A model generated the notes under the pieces. That model was given only the letters and a program-made list of their open reading frames with translations. It was not told the DNA's origin and did no database searches. A stretch of 64,000 nt of DNA from an uncultured Clostridia bacterium (GTDB taxonomy: Bacteria; Bacillota; Clostridia; Christensenellales; Pumilibacteraceae). Below are positions 1 through 10,297 of the stretch, one piece after another; the stretch's first letter is position 1, and every line of letters begins with the position of its first letter. The DNA is taken from contig CAKQDN010000001.1 in assembly GCA_934229275.1 (NCBI GenBank), positions 11,596-75,595 of the forward strand, in the 5' to 3' direction. Both the position numbers and the translations under genes were made by a program.

Positions 1-16
1 TTGGAATTTTCGTTAA

Positions 17-442
17 TTACTGCATGCTTTTCAGCACTTCGCTTACCTTTTTCATGTCAACGCTGCCGGCGTACTCGGTTTTGAAGTGTTTCATAACGGC
101 AGGAGTGGACTTGTCGGCGAGAGAAGCGATGACGTTTTTAATCTCTTCGTCGGACAGCATTTTTGGCAAATACGATTGAATGATTTCGATATTGCGTGTA
201 AGTTCTGCGACCTGCTCGTCGCGCCCTGCCTTAATAAAGCCTTCGCGCTCTTCGATAAGTTCTTTTTCGCATTTTTGCAGAACCTTAACGACGTCGGCGT
301 CGCCGAGTTCCTTGCCCTGCGCGCGTGCTTCGATGGTGACGAGCATGAGTTTGGAAATAACCGTGTTGAGCGCGGCGACTTTGGCGTTGTCGTGCTGCTT
401 CATTGCCTGTATTTTTTCTTTTTTGAATTGATCGAGATTCAT
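17..442 (-). CDS. yqeY: GatB/YqeY-domain protein
   Basis: 141-aa ORF; translated sequence resembles the small YqeY/GatB C-terminal-like domain family (conserved helical protein, Lys/Glu rich, typical length). Confidence 0.7.
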   Translation of the reverse strand: MNLDQFKKEKIQAMKQHDNAKVAALNTVISKLMLVTIEARAQGKELGDADVVKVLQKCEKELIEEREGFIKAGRDEQVAELTRNIEIIQSYLPKMLSDEEIKNVIASLADKSTPAVMKHFKTEYAGSVDMKKVSEVLKSMQ

Positions 443-593
443 AATTTGCTCCTTGAATTTGCGGCAGAGCCGTTTTATTTACCCGATAATTATAACTCAA
501 AATAACGCTATTGTCAACAGTGAGGCAAAAAGAATTGACTTTTTTCGCTCGATATGGCATAATTTTACCTGAAAACGAGAAAGGAGAAACGAT

Positions 594-1868
594 ATGATAA
601 CCGTTATCGGAACAGGAACGGAAGCGGGCGACGTAACCGTTCGCGGAAAAAGAGCGATAAAGCAGGCTGACGAGGTTTATTCACGCACGAAAACGCGCTA
701 TAAAAGCGTGCCGCTCGGCGAAAAATTCGGCGACGCGGAGAGTTTCGAGGAACTTGACGAGCGTATATGCGAATTCTTGCTGTCGCGCGAAAAAGAGGGC
801 GCGGCGGTCGCTTTTCTGTCGGTCGGCGACGGATATTCCGATACGGCGGTTAAAAAACTCGCGGCTATGACCGAGGTGGAAATCATTCCGGGAGTTGCGG
901 ACAACCGCGCTAGGCTGCCGGGCTGCGACGTTACGTTCGTTTCGGCTTACGACCTCGAAAAAACGCGGATAGATTCGCGCGTTCCGCTCGTCGTATACCA
1001 GATCGACGGCGTAGATGCGGCGTCCGACGTCAAACTCGCTCTTATGAAGTTCTACGACGACGAAATGCCCGTTCGCCTCGTTTCGGGCGGCGAGGTCATA
1101 ACCGCTTTGCTGTGCGAAATCGACAGGTATAAAATCGCGCAGGGAAGCAGTCTTTATATTGACGGCGACGAGCGGCTTATCGGCAAAAAACGTTACGGTT
1201 TTTCCGACCTTCTATATATAATGAAACGCCTTACCGCTCCCGACGGCTGTCCGTGGGACCGCGCGCAGACCCACGAGAGTATCGCCGTCAATATGATCGA
1301 AGAAGCGTACGAGGCGGTGGACGCCATAAATAAGGGCGACAGCGACAATCTTCGCGAGGAACTGGGCGACGTTCTGCTGCAAACCGTTTTTCACTCGGAT
1401 AAGAGCGAAAAAGAGGGCGATTTCGATATTAACGACGTTATAAACGACCTTTGCGTCAAACTCGTCGGCAGACATACGCACATTTTCGGCGAGGACAAGG
1501 CAACCGACCCCGAAAGCGCGCTCTATTACTGGGAAAAAGCCAAGGCAAAGGAAAAGCACTATTCCACGCTTACCGAGCAGATCGACAGGCTGCCGGATAA
1601 TTTCCCGGCGACCGTGCTTTTGAGTAAATTCGTCAAAAAAGCCAATAAGTCGGGCGCGAACGTCACGCAGGAAGAACTGAAAAAAATAATTTCGGACAAT
1701 CTCGGAAAGGACGACCCGGCTTCGACCGAGGAACTTGTTTCTGCCGCCGTCATGCTGTCCGCTCTTCGCGACTGCTCCGCGGAAGAACTCATGCTTAAAA
1801 AATTCGCCGAACTGAAAAACGTTACCGCGGCGAGCGACCTCGAAAAGGCGGTAAAGGACAAACTATGA
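594..1868 (+). CDS. mazG: MazG-family nucleotide pyrophosphohydrolase fused to an N-terminal tetrapyrrole-methylase-like domain (YabN-like)
   Basis: AAGGAG RBS 8 nt upstream of ATG. C-terminal half carries the MazG motif region (LYIMKRLTAPDGCPWDRAQTHESI...EEAYE). N-terminal ~200 aa methylase-like, as in B. subtilis YabN. ATGA-coupled to the next gene. Confidence 0.8.
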   Translation: MITVIGTGTEAGDVTVRGKRAIKQADEVYSRTKTRYKSVPLGEKFGDAESFEELDERICEFLLSREKEGAAVAFLSVGDGYSDTAVKKLAAMTEVEIIPGVADNRARLPGCDVTFVSAYDLEKTRIDSRVPLVVYQIDGVDAASDVKLALMKFYDDEMPVRLVSGGEVITALLCEIDRYKIAQGSSLYIDGDERLIGKKRYGFSDLLYIMKRLTAPDGCPWDRAQTHESIAVNMIEEAYEAVDAINKGDSDNLREELGDVLLQTVFHSDKSEKEGDFDINDVINDLCVKLVGRHTHIFGEDKATDPESALYYWEKAKAKEKHYSTLTEQIDRLPDNFPATVLLSKFVKKANKSGANVTQEELKKIISDNLGKDDPASTEELVSAAVMLSALRDCSAEELMLKKFAELKNVTAASDLEKAVKDKL

Positions 1869-2791
1869 GCATTAAAATAGGCAACGTAACGCTTTCGGGC
1901 AACGTCATTCTCGCGCCCATGGCAGGTTTCGGCGACGTGGCTTTCCGCAGACTGTGCCGCGATTACGGAGCGGCTCTCACCACGACCGAAATGATAAGCG
2001 CGAAAGGACTGCTGTACAACAGTAAAAAGACCATCGACATGCTTCGGCTCGCGCCCAACGAAACGCCGTCGTCGGTGCAACTGTTCGGACCCGACCCCGA
2101 CGACTTTTATCTTGCGGCGCAGAGAGAGGAACTTGCGCATTTCGACATAATCGACATAAACATGGGCTGTCCTGCAAAAAAGGTCGTTTCCAACGGCGAG
2201 GGCAGCGCGCTCATGCGCGATTTCGATCGGGCGGAAAAGATCATAAAGGCAGCCGTAGCCGGTGCGAACGGCAGACCGGTTACCGTTAAATTCCGCGCGG
2301 GCTTTTACGACGACGATATTTGCGCCGAAGAATTTGCCGTTATGGCGGAAGAGGCGGGAGCGGCGGCGATGACCGTGCACGGAAGAACGGCGGAGCAGGG
2401 CTATTCGGGCTTTGCCGACTGGGATATAATCTGCCGCGTCGCAGGAAAAGTACACGTTCCCGTGTTCGGGAACGGCGACGTTAAGAAAAATAACTTAAAA
2501 GACCGCCTGCTGCTCACCGAAGGAGTCGCGATAGGAAGAGGAGCGATCGGCAACTGCGATATTTTCTCTCCCGGTAAAAAAGACGCGAGCAAAAAACAGA
2601 TGCTGCTCACTCATATCCGCTATATGACCGAGTATTTCGGCAGTCGCTTCACCGCCGTCAATATCCGCAAGCACCTTCCGTACTATTTCGCCGGGAACAA
2701 GGACTTAAAACTGTTCCGCGCCCGTCTTAACACGCTCGAAGACGCCGAACAAATGTACCGCGAAGTGGAAGCGTGCGCCGAGTTCGAGTAA
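1865..2791 (+). CDS. dusB: tRNA-dihydrouridine synthase
   Basis: 308 aa; N-terminus LAPMAGFGDVAFRRLCRDYGAALTTTEM and overall Dus/FMN TIM-barrel signature. Confidence 0.85.
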   Translation: MSIKIGNVTLSGNVILAPMAGFGDVAFRRLCRDYGAALTTTEMISAKGLLYNSKKTIDMLRLAPNETPSSVQLFGPDPDDFYLAAQREELAHFDIIDINMGCPAKKVVSNGEGSALMRDFDRAEKIIKAAVAGANGRPVTVKFRAGFYDDDICAEEFAVMAEEAGAAAMTVHGRTAEQGYSGFADWDIICRVAGKVHVPVFGNGDVKKNNLKDRLLLTEGVAIGRGAIGNCDIFSPGKKDASKKQMLLTHIRYMTEYFGSRFTAVNIRKHLPYYFAGNKDLKLFRARLNTLEDAEQMYREVEACAEFE

Positions 2792-2854
2792 AAAACAGGA
2801 CAAAGTTGCGCTTTGAGCGCGCTAAACAGAGCAATTTTTTACACGCCGTTTCGT

Positions 2855-2883
2855 TTGACCGAAGCGGCTTTTTGCTGTATAAT
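2855..2883 (+). promoter_or_regulatory. sigma-A-type promoter (TTGACC-N17-TATAAT) upstream of the beta-galactosidase gene
   Basis: TTGACC at 2855-2860, 17-nt spacer, TATAAT at 2878-2883; GGAGGG RBS before ATG 2942. Confidence 0.55.
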
Positions 2884-2941
2884 TTATTGTATAAGCGGAG
2901 CGAATCCGCCCCCTTAATAAATAAATTGCGGAGGGCAAAAA

Positions 2942-5830
2942 ATGTTGAAAAACTACTACGAGCAGTACGATTACGTCGGCGTCATGCAGCCGAGATGCTA
3001 TTATATTCCGTTCTCGGATAAAAACGAATGGAGCGAGCAGAGAGAAAAGAGTTCGCGCTTTAAGTCGCTTAACGGCAAGTGGACGATCGCGCCTTATAAA
3101 AGCGTTCTGGACGTTCCGGACGACTTTTACTTAGTTACGCCCGAGCAGCCGATAGACGTTCCGTCGTGCGTACAGTACTACGGCATGGACTGTTTTCAAT
3201 ACACTAATATAAACTATCCGATTCCGTTCGATCCGCCGTCCGTTCCGAGCGAGAACCCGGCTTTCCATTACAGCCGCACGTTCGAAGCGAAAAAGAACGG
3301 CAGAAAATACCTTATTTTCGAGGGCGTGGATAGTTGTTTCTATCTGTACTTAAACGGCAAATTCGTCGGTTTCAGTCAGATAAGCCACAGAGTAAGCGAG
3401 TTCGACGTCACCGATTATATTGTCGACGGCAAAAACAAACTGGACGTGCTTGTTCTCAAATGGTGCGCAGGCACATATTTCGAAGATCAGGACAAATGGC
3501 GTTTTACCGGTATTTTCCGCGACGTTTATATGCTTGACCGCCCCGAAAAACACATCGTCGATTATAAAATAGAAACCAAACAAAACGGCGAAGTGACGTT
3601 TGCTCTTATCGAAGGCGAGGACGCTCTCGTCACGTTCTGCGGAGAAACGAAAAAGGTAAGAGCCGGCGAGAAAGTCTGCTTCAAAGTCGAAAATCCCAAG
3701 TTGTGGAGCGCGGAAACGCCCTATCTTTACGATATGGACGTCGAATGTAACGGCGAGTTTATTCGCGAAAAAGTCGGTATCCGCGAAATAGAAATAAAGG
3801 ACGGCGCGTTCCTTCTCAACGGCAAAGCGATTAAAATGCGCGGTGTCAATCGTCACGATTTCCACCCGACCAAGGGAGCGGCTGTAAGCCTCGACGATAT
3901 CGTGACCGACCTTACGCTTATGAAAAAGTTAAACGTCAACGCGATCCGAACCAGCCACTATCCGTCCTGCCCCGAATTCTATCGGCTTTGCGATAAATAC
4001 GGATTCTACGTCATCGACGAAGCCGATCACGAGTCGCACGGAGCAAGCGCAAGCCGCGACGGAAGAGCGGAAGGGTACCTGTCCGATTGTCCCGAATTCG
4101 AATTCGCGATGCTCGAACGCCAGAAAATGCTGGTCACGCGCGATAAAAACCGCGCCTGCGTTCTATTGTGGTCGATGGGCAACGAATGCGGATGGGGCAA
4201 AAACTTCTATGCCTGCTCGGCTTATATAAAGGCGACCGATTCCACCCGTCCCGTGCATTACGAGCGCGTGTGCGCCGTCGATTACGACGCCGAAACCGGC
4301 GAGAGAAAGCCGAGATTTACCGACTATGCCGAGGCTCCCGTGGACGTCGTCAGCCGTATGTACGCTTCGCCCGAATTCATGGCGAAAGGATTCCTCGGCG
4401 ATAAGGACGAACACCGCCCGTTCGTTCAGTGCGAATACTGCCACGCTATGGGCAACGGACCGGGAGATCTGAAAGAGTATTGGGACGTTATCTATTCTTC
4501 CGACAGATTTATGGGCGGATTCGTCTGGGAATGGGCGGATCACGGCGTTTTGTATAATTCGGACGGATTCCGTTACGGCGGCGACTTCGGCGAAACTCTG
4601 CACGACGGCAACTTCTGCGTGGACGGAATAGTCGCGCCCGACCGCAAAATCAAAACCGGCTCGCTCGAAATGAAAAAGGCGTACGAGCCCGTGCTTATCG
4701 AATATAAAGACGGAAAAGCGGTCGTAACGTCACGCAACTACTTCGCTTCCATGGCTTTTAAAGCCGAAATTATCTGCAAGCAGGGCGAAAAAACCACTTC
4801 CACGCAAACCGTGCAGGCAGTCGTGGAACCCGGCGAGAGTGTGTCTATGGACGTTGCCGACAAAAACGCGTCGGTAGTAAAAGTCAACCTCTACACGATT
4901 GAAGAGGACGGGCTCGTTCCCGAAAATCATCTTTTCGCGTCCGAGGGATTCGAACTTAAACCCCTTTCGCAGCCTTCTCATGCAGCCGCAAAGTGCGAAA
5001 TCAAAGAAAACGGCAGATATTACGTCGTAAAGAACGGCTCCCTCGTCTGTTTCGTAGACAGAGGCACCGGCGTTATAACGTCGCTCGAAAAGAACGGCGA
5101 AAAAGTGCTTTCGGATAATCTCGCGCTCAATATCTGCCGCGCGCCCACCGACAACGACAGAAACGTCAAGTGGGAATGGAAGTCGCAGCGCATGGATCAC
5201 TCGTATGCCGACGCTTACTCGGTCGAAAAAACGGGCGAAAACCGGATAACCGTAAAGGGCAAAATCGTGTCCGAACAGCGCGAACCGATAGTAAAATACA
5301 CGCTCGTGTACGACTTCGTCGAAAGCGGCGTTACGGTTTCTGTCGACTACGAATATAACGCGATGAAAGACGGATGGTTCCTGCCGAGAATAGGACTTAA
5401 AACCGCGCTCGGCAAGTCGTTCGAAAATATGGAATTCTACGGCTACGGTCCGCAGGAAAGTTACGTCGACAAGCGTTTCGCGTGCAGCCGCGACTTCTAT
5501 AAAACCACCGTTTCGGATAACTTCGTGCATTATATAAAGCCGCAGGAAAACGGCAGCCACTACGGCACGAACTACGCGTCCGTCACCGACGGCAAAACGA
5601 CGATAACGCTCGAGAGCGAGCAAGGTTTTTCGTTCAATCTTTCGCCTTACGACGAAGCGACGCTCGAAAAAACCGCTCACGACGACCAACTGCCCGAAAG
5701 CGAGAAAAATTATCTCTACGCCGACTTTTTCATGAGCGGAATAGGCTCCAATTCGTGCGGACCGCGCCTTAACAAACTCTGGCAGACTCCCGGTAAAGGC
5801 AGCGGAAAGATAACCTTAATCGTTAAATAA
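2942..5830 (+). CDS. beta-galactosidase, glycoside hydrolase family 2 (LacZ-like)
   Basis: 962 aa; GH2 hallmarks NRHDFHP, WSMGNECG and EYCHAMGNGPG (catalytic acid/base and nucleophile regions), sugar-binding N-terminus, C-terminal small-chain domain. Confidence 0.88.
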   Translation: MLKNYYEQYDYVGVMQPRCYYIPFSDKNEWSEQREKSSRFKSLNGKWTIAPYKSVLDVPDDFYLVTPEQPIDVPSCVQYYGMDCFQYTNINYPIPFDPPSVPSENPAFHYSRTFEAKKNGRKYLIFEGVDSCFYLYLNGKFVGFSQISHRVSEFDVTDYIVDGKNKLDVLVLKWCAGTYFEDQDKWRFTGIFRDVYMLDRPEKHIVDYKIETKQNGEVTFALIEGEDALVTFCGETKKVRAGEKVCFKVENPKLWSAETPYLYDMDVECNGEFIREKVGIREIEIKDGAFLLNGKAIKMRGVNRHDFHPTKGAAVSLDDIVTDLTLMKKLNVNAIRTSHYPSCPEFYRLCDKYGFYVIDEADHESHGASASRDGRAEGYLSDCPEFEFAMLERQKMLVTRDKNRACVLLWSMGNECGWGKNFYACSAYIKATDSTRPVHYERVCAVDYDAETGERKPRFTDYAEAPVDVVSRMYASPEFMAKGFLGDKDEHRPFVQCEYCHAMGNGPGDLKEYWDVIYSSDRFMGGFVWEWADHGVLYNSDGFRYGGDFGETLHDGNFCVDGIVAPDRKIKTGSLEMKKAYEPVLIEYKDGKAVVTSRNYFASMAFKAEIICKQGEKTTSTQTVQAVVEPGESVSMDVADKNASVVKVNLYTIEEDGLVPENHLFASEGFELKPLSQPSHAAAKCEIKENGRYYVVKNGSLVCFVDRGTGVITSLEKNGEKVLSDNLALNICRAPTDNDRNVKWEWKSQRMDHSYADAYSVEKTGENRITVKGKIVSEQREPIVKYTLVYDFVESGVTVSVDYEYNAMKDGWFLPRIGLKTALGKSFENMEFYGYGPQESYVDKRFACSRDFYKTTVSDNFVHYIKPQENGSHYGTNYASVTDGKTTITLESEQGFSFNLSPYDEATLEKTAHDDQLPESEKNYLYADFFMSGIGSNSCGPRLNKLWQTPGKGSGKITLIVK

Positions 5831-5849
5831 GTCAATATCGGAGGCAAAA

Positions 5850-6713
5850 ATGACTGAGTTTAATTATAATGTGGGTCTTTCGACTGCGTTCGATCTTACG
5901 GAAGAAAATTTCAAAAAGTTGCGGGATGCGGGAATAAGCGCGATAGAAATATCCGTCCCTGCGGAAAAATATGCGGAAATAGATTATGCGGACGTAAAAA
6001 AATTTGCCGACGAATACGGCATAAAACTATGGTCGTATCATCTTCCGTTTTATCCCTTTGAGAAAATAGACATTTCCGCGCTCGACGAGGAACAAAGAAA
6101 GTATACTCTTTCGTATTTTTCGGAAATTATAGAAAAAGCGACTGCCATAGGATTCGATAAATTCGTCGTTCACGCAAGCGGCGAACCTATAGAAGAGTGT
6201 AAGCGAGAAAAAAGAATGTCGCAGGCAAAAAAGTCGCTTGCTTTTCTTGCCGAATTTGCAGGAAAACGCGGTGCGGTGATTGCCGTTGAAGATTTACCTC
6301 GCACTTGTCTCGGGCGAAACAGTGCTGACATAAAGGAACTGTTGTCTGCGGATAAGCGTCTAAAGGTTTGTTTCGATACTAATCACCTTCTCGGCGAAGA
6401 CAATCTCGATTTTATGGAAGCGTTGAAAGATGAAATAATCACCGTTCACGTTTCCGATTACGACCGTGTAAACGAGCGGCACTGGTTGCCCGGCGAAGGC
6501 GTTATCGATTGGCAAAAAATGCTGAAAAAATTTCGCGAGATAGACTATAAAGGCGTGTGGATGTATGAAATTTCGCTTAAATGCCCCAAAACGATTATTC
6601 GCGACAGAGATCTTGATTTCGCGGATTTCCGTGCCAATGCCGATAATATTTTCGCCAACAAACCGCAACCCGTTTTAAGCCGTCATAAGCCCGATCTCGG
6701 TATGTGGGAGTAA
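5850..6713 (+). CDS. sugar phosphate isomerase/epimerase (xylose-isomerase-like TIM barrel)
   Basis: 287 aa, 19 nt after the beta-galactosidase stop with GGAGG RBS; composition and length of the AP-endonuclease-2/xylose-isomerase-like family. Assignment from general similarity only. Confidence 0.5.
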   Translation: MTEFNYNVGLSTAFDLTEENFKKLRDAGISAIEISVPAEKYAEIDYADVKKFADEYGIKLWSYHLPFYPFEKIDISALDEEQRKYTLSYFSEIIEKATAIGFDKFVVHASGEPIEECKREKRMSQAKKSLAFLAEFAGKRGAVIAVEDLPRTCLGRNSADIKELLSADKRLKVCFDTNHLLGEDNLDFMEALKDEIITVHVSDYDRVNERHWLPGEGVIDWQKMLKKFREIDYKGVWMYEISLKCPKTIIRDRDLDFADFRANADNIFANKPQPVLSRHKPDLGMWE

Positions 6714-6731
6714 AAATATCTTACGATAAAA

Positions 6732-6768
6732 GCGCATCGCCATAAACCACTCGGCGGTGCGTTTTTAC
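6732..6768 (+). terminator. rho-independent terminator after the isomerase gene
   Basis: GCGCATCGCC ... GGCGGTGCG stem followed by TTTTT. Confidence 0.55.
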
Positions 6769-6799
6769 GTTGTTTTTTACTCGTTAGTTTTCGCCGCGA

Positions 6800-6828
6800 T
6801 TGACACGCGGAGCGGTTTGTGATATAAT
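6800..6828 (+). promoter_or_regulatory. perfect-consensus sigma-A promoter (TTGACA-N17-TATAAT), upstream tandem promoter of htpG
   Basis: TTGACA 6800-6805, 17-nt spacer, TATAAT 6823-6828; about 175 nt upstream of a second promoter. Confidence 0.5.
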
Positions 6829-6941
6829 TTATTTAATAAAATCCGACGATTTCTTGGCTTTCGTAAAGGGTACCGTCGCCTATAAAACGGCAAAAAGGCG
6901 GCAAAAGACGGCGAACTGTTCAAAAATAACGAAAAGAGGGC

Positions 6942-6969
6942 TTGACAAAAGTCAAAATCGGACTATAAT
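6942..6969 (+). promoter_or_regulatory. htpG proximal promoter (TTGACA-N16-TATAAT) with palindrome TTGACAAAAGTCAA over the -35
   Basis: TTGACA 6942-6947, TATAAT 6964-6969; inverted repeat TTGAC-AAAA-GTCAA spans the -35. Confidence 0.55.
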
Positions 6970-7004
6970 ATATTGCGAAAACTATTTAAGAGAGGCAAAT
7001 GCTT

Positions 7005-8864
7005 ATGAAACAATTCAAAACGCAATCCAAACGAGTACTCGAACTCATGATAAACTCGATATACACCAATCGCGAGATTTTCCTTCGCGAACTTATTTCC
7101 AACGCGAGCGACGCCATCGACAAACGCCACTTCAAGTCGCTTACCGATGGCGGAGAACAGCAGTCGTATTCCATCCGTCTTATCCCGGATAAACAGGCGC
7201 GCACGCTTACTATCGAGGACGACGGCATAGGTATGACGGCGGAAGAACTCGAAAACAACCTCGGCACCATCGCAGAATCCGGAACGCTGGCATTCAAAAA
7301 CGCCGAAAAGGAAAAAACCGAACTTATCGGTCAGTTCGGCGTCGGATTTTACGCCGCGTTCATGGTCGCGAAAAAAGTGGAAGTCACGTCTAAAGCGTAC
7401 GGCAGCGACAAGGCTTTCATGTGGACGAGCGAGGGCGTAGACGGCTACGAAATAGTCCCGGCAGAAAAAGAAAGCGTGGGTACGAGCGTAAAACTGTACT
7501 TAAAAGACGACGACGATGATTGCAGATACGGCGAATATACCGAAGAATACTATCTGCGCATGCTGGTTAAAAAGTATTCCGACTATATCCGCTATCCCAT
7601 AACAATGGACGTCGTCCGCACCAAAAAGGAAGAGGGTTCCGACGAGGAAAAAACCTACACCGAAACCGTGACGCTCAACGGCATGACTCCGCTGTGGAAG
7701 AAACAGAAAAGCGAGATAAAGAAAGAGGACTACGACTCGTTCTACGCCGCCAAATTCCACGACTACGAGCCGCCCGTACGCGTCATTCACGCCAATATCG
7801 AAGGCTCCGTAAACTATACGGCGCTGCTGTTCGTTCCTTCGCACGCCGGCGCCGATTACTATACCAAGGATTACAAAAAAGGCTTGCAACTTTACAGTAA
7901 CGGCGTGCTTATCACCGACTGCTGCGAAGAACTCGTTCCCGACTGCTACGCGTTCGTAAAGGGCGTCGTGGACAGCAGCGATCTGTCGCTCAACATTTCA
8001 CGCGAAACGTTGCAAAAGGACCGCCAACTCAAAGCCATCGCATCCGGAATCGAAAAGAAGATTACGGCTGAACTTACCAAAATGCTGGAAAGCGACCGCG
8101 ACAACTACGAAAAAATGTTTAGTAACTTCGGTTTGTCGCTCAAATTCGGCGCATACAACAACTTCGGCTTCAAGAAAGACCAACTTAAAGACCTTTTGTT
8201 GTTCTATTCCGAACAAAAGCAGAAACTCATAACGCTCAAAGAGTACGTCGCCGATATGAAAGAGGGGCAGGACAGCATTTTCTACGCTTGCGGCTCGGAC
8301 TATAACGCAATCGCCGATATGCCGCAGACCGAACAGGTCCGCGCGAAAGGCTACGATTTGCTGTACTTTAAAGACAGCGTGGACGAATTCGTCGTCAAAG
8401 TGCTTAACGAATACGAAGAAAAGAAGTTCAAAAACGTTCAGGACGGCGATCTCGACCTCGGTAGCGAAGAAGAAAAGAAGCAACTCGAAGAAAAACGCGC
8501 CGAATATAAAGACGTTGCCGAATTCATGAAAGAAAAACTGGAAGGAAAGGCGGAGGACGTTCGCTTTACCGACAAACCCATGAAGAGCGCGGCTTGCCTG
8601 TCCGCGGACGGCGAAATCTCGCTCGAAATGGAAAAAACGTTCAAATCCATGAAAGCGACGTCGCCCGTGCCGGTAGAAGCCAAAAAAGTGCTGGAAATCA
8701 GCCTGCTTCATCCCGTAGCACAAAAACTCAAAACGCTTTACGACACCGATAAGGACAAACTCGCGAACTACGCGAAAGTGCTTTGGGGCGAAGCGTTGCT
8801 GCTTGCCGGATTCGACCTTGACGACACCGCCGAATTTACGAGCCTTGTCAGCGACCTGATGTGA
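7005..8864 (+). CDS. htpG: molecular chaperone HtpG (Hsp90 family)
   Basis: N-terminal ATPase motif ELISNASDAIDK and overall Hsp90 architecture. ORF opens at 6999, but ATG at 7005 has better spacing from the AGAGAGG RBS. Confidence 0.9.
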   Translation: MKQFKTQSKRVLELMINSIYTNREIFLRELISNASDAIDKRHFKSLTDGGEQQSYSIRLIPDKQARTLTIEDDGIGMTAEELENNLGTIAESGTLAFKNAEKEKTELIGQFGVGFYAAFMVAKKVEVTSKAYGSDKAFMWTSEGVDGYEIVPAEKESVGTSVKLYLKDDDDDCRYGEYTEEYYLRMLVKKYSDYIRYPITMDVVRTKKEEGSDEEKTYTETVTLNGMTPLWKKQKSEIKKEDYDSFYAAKFHDYEPPVRVIHANIEGSVNYTALLFVPSHAGADYYTKDYKKGLQLYSNGVLITDCCEELVPDCYAFVKGVVDSSDLSLNISRETLQKDRQLKAIASGIEKKITAELTKMLESDRDNYEKMFSNFGLSLKFGAYNNFGFKKDQLKDLLLFYSEQKQKLITLKEYVADMKEGQDSIFYACGSDYNAIADMPQTEQVRAKGYDLLYFKDSVDEFVVKVLNEYEEKKFKNVQDGDLDLGSEEEKKQLEEKRAEYKDVAEFMKEKLEGKAEDVRFTDKPMKSAACLSADGEISLEMEKTFKSMKATSPVPVEAKKVLEISLLHPVAQKLKTLYDTDKDKLANYAKVLWGEALLLAGFDLDDTAEFTSLVSDLM

Positions 8865-8868
8865 TTTT

Positions 8869-10173
8869 ATGACCCGCGCTTTAATAATTGCAGGTATAAC
8901 TGCGGCTTTAATGGTGTTTTGCGTGCTGTTAAAGCCGTATATTTATGTAAAAAAACTCAAAATCGGACTGTACTGGATGGTCTGCGTCGCAGGCGCCGCC
9001 GTCATGCTTATTTGCGGATGCATATCTTTGTCCGACGCGTGGCAGGGAATAACTGCGCCCACCGCCGTAAATCCGCTTAAAATACTCGCGCTTTTCATAT
9101 CGATGACGCTTATATCGGTATTTTTGGGCGACGCCGGATTTTTCGACGCGTGCGCCGACAAAGTGTTCCGCTCTGCCGGCGGAAGTCAGTTCAAGTTGTT
9201 TCTGACTCTGTATTTCGTCGTGGCGACGCTCACCGTTTTTACGTCCAACGACATTATAGTTCTGACGTTCACGCCGCCCATATGCATGTTCGCGGCAAAA
9301 GCAAAAGTGTCGCCGCTTCCCTATCTCGTGGGCGAATTCGTGGCTGCAAACACCTGGAGCATGATGCTCATCGTGGGCAACCCCACCAACATATACCTTG
9401 CAGGAAGCGCAGGCATAACTTTTTCCGAGTATTTTTCGGTTATGTGGCTGCCTGCCCTCGGCGGAGGACTTACGTCGCTTGCCGCAATGCTGCTCATATT
9501 CGGGAAAACGCTGCGCACTCCGCTCCAAAAGCCCGACGGGGCGGAACAGTCGGGCGTAAAATGCCGCAAAGTGCCGCTCGTCGCCGCGCTCGTTCATCTC
9601 GTCGTGTGCATAGTGATGCTTGCGATTTCCTATTACATAGGCGTCGAAATGTGGATTATCTGCGTCGCTTTAGCGGTGAGTTTAACGCTTTTCAACGTCG
9701 TGTACGACCTTATAACCGAAAAGAGCGTGCGCCCCGTTTTTCGGTCGCTTAAAAAAGCCCCGTACGAACTTATTCCGTTCGTTCTCGGCATGTTCGTGAT
9801 AGTTCTGTCGCTGTCCGAGTGCGGATTTACTTCGCTTGCGGCTCGGTATCTGTCGAGCGGAAAGAAAACCGACGGCATTACTTTCTCTTTTCTGTCCGCG
9901 CTAACGTCGAACGCGCTCAATAACATTCCGGCAGCCGTTCTGTTCGAGCGAATCACCGCCGGCGGAAGCACGGCGTCGGTGTACGGCGCGATTATCGGCA
10001 GCAACATAGGCGCGTACATAACCCCCGTAGGCGCGCTCGCAGGCATAATGTGGACCAATATTTTAGGCGAATACCGCGTTAAAATGAACTTTTTAAGGTT
10101 CGCGTCGGTGGGCGTGGCGGCGGCAATTCCGACTCTGCTCGTTTCGTCGCTCATGCTGCTGATCGTTCTGTAA
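8869..10173 (+). CDS. ArsB/NhaD-superfamily permease (CitMHS/ArsB-like anion transporter)
   Basis: 434 aa, about 12 predicted TM segments; conserved GNPTNIY-type motif of the ArsB/NhaD permease fold. Starts 4 nt after the htpG stop (translational coupling). Confidence 0.5.
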   Translation: MTRALIIAGITAALMVFCVLLKPYIYVKKLKIGLYWMVCVAGAAVMLICGCISLSDAWQGITAPTAVNPLKILALFISMTLISVFLGDAGFFDACADKVFRSAGGSQFKLFLTLYFVVATLTVFTSNDIIVLTFTPPICMFAAKAKVSPLPYLVGEFVAANTWSMMLIVGNPTNIYLAGSAGITFSEYFSVMWLPALGGGLTSLAAMLLIFGKTLRTPLQKPDGAEQSGVKCRKVPLVAALVHLVVCIVMLAISYYIGVEMWIICVALAVSLTLFNVVYDLITEKSVRPVFRSLKKAPYELIPFVLGMFVIVLSLSECGFTSLAARYLSSGKKTDGITFSFLSALTSNALNNIPAAVLFERITAGGSTASVYGAIIGSNIGAYITPVGALAGIMWTNILGEYRVKMNFLRFASVGVAAAIPTLLVSSLMLLIVL

Positions 10174-10238
10174 ACGGCACGCTTAACGAAAATACAATAA
10201 AAGCGTGATTTTGTGCAAATAAAAATCGGCTTAAAACG

Positions 10239-10267
10239 TTGATAAAACCGAAAAGTTGTGTTACAAT
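10239..10267 (+). promoter_or_regulatory. sigma-A promoter (TTGATA-N17-TGtTACAAT)
   Basis: TTGATA 10239-10244; extended -10 TGnTACAAT ending 10267; upstream of the oxidoreductase gene. Confidence 0.45.
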
Positions 10268-10297
10268 ACAATAAAACCGCTTGGGAGAAGTACTCTG

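Noticed and set aside
6800-7192. 130-aa ORF spanning the htpG promoter and 5' end
   Set aside because: It overlaps the experimentally plausible htpG promoter and N-terminus in another frame, has no RBS, and has a low-complexity translation.
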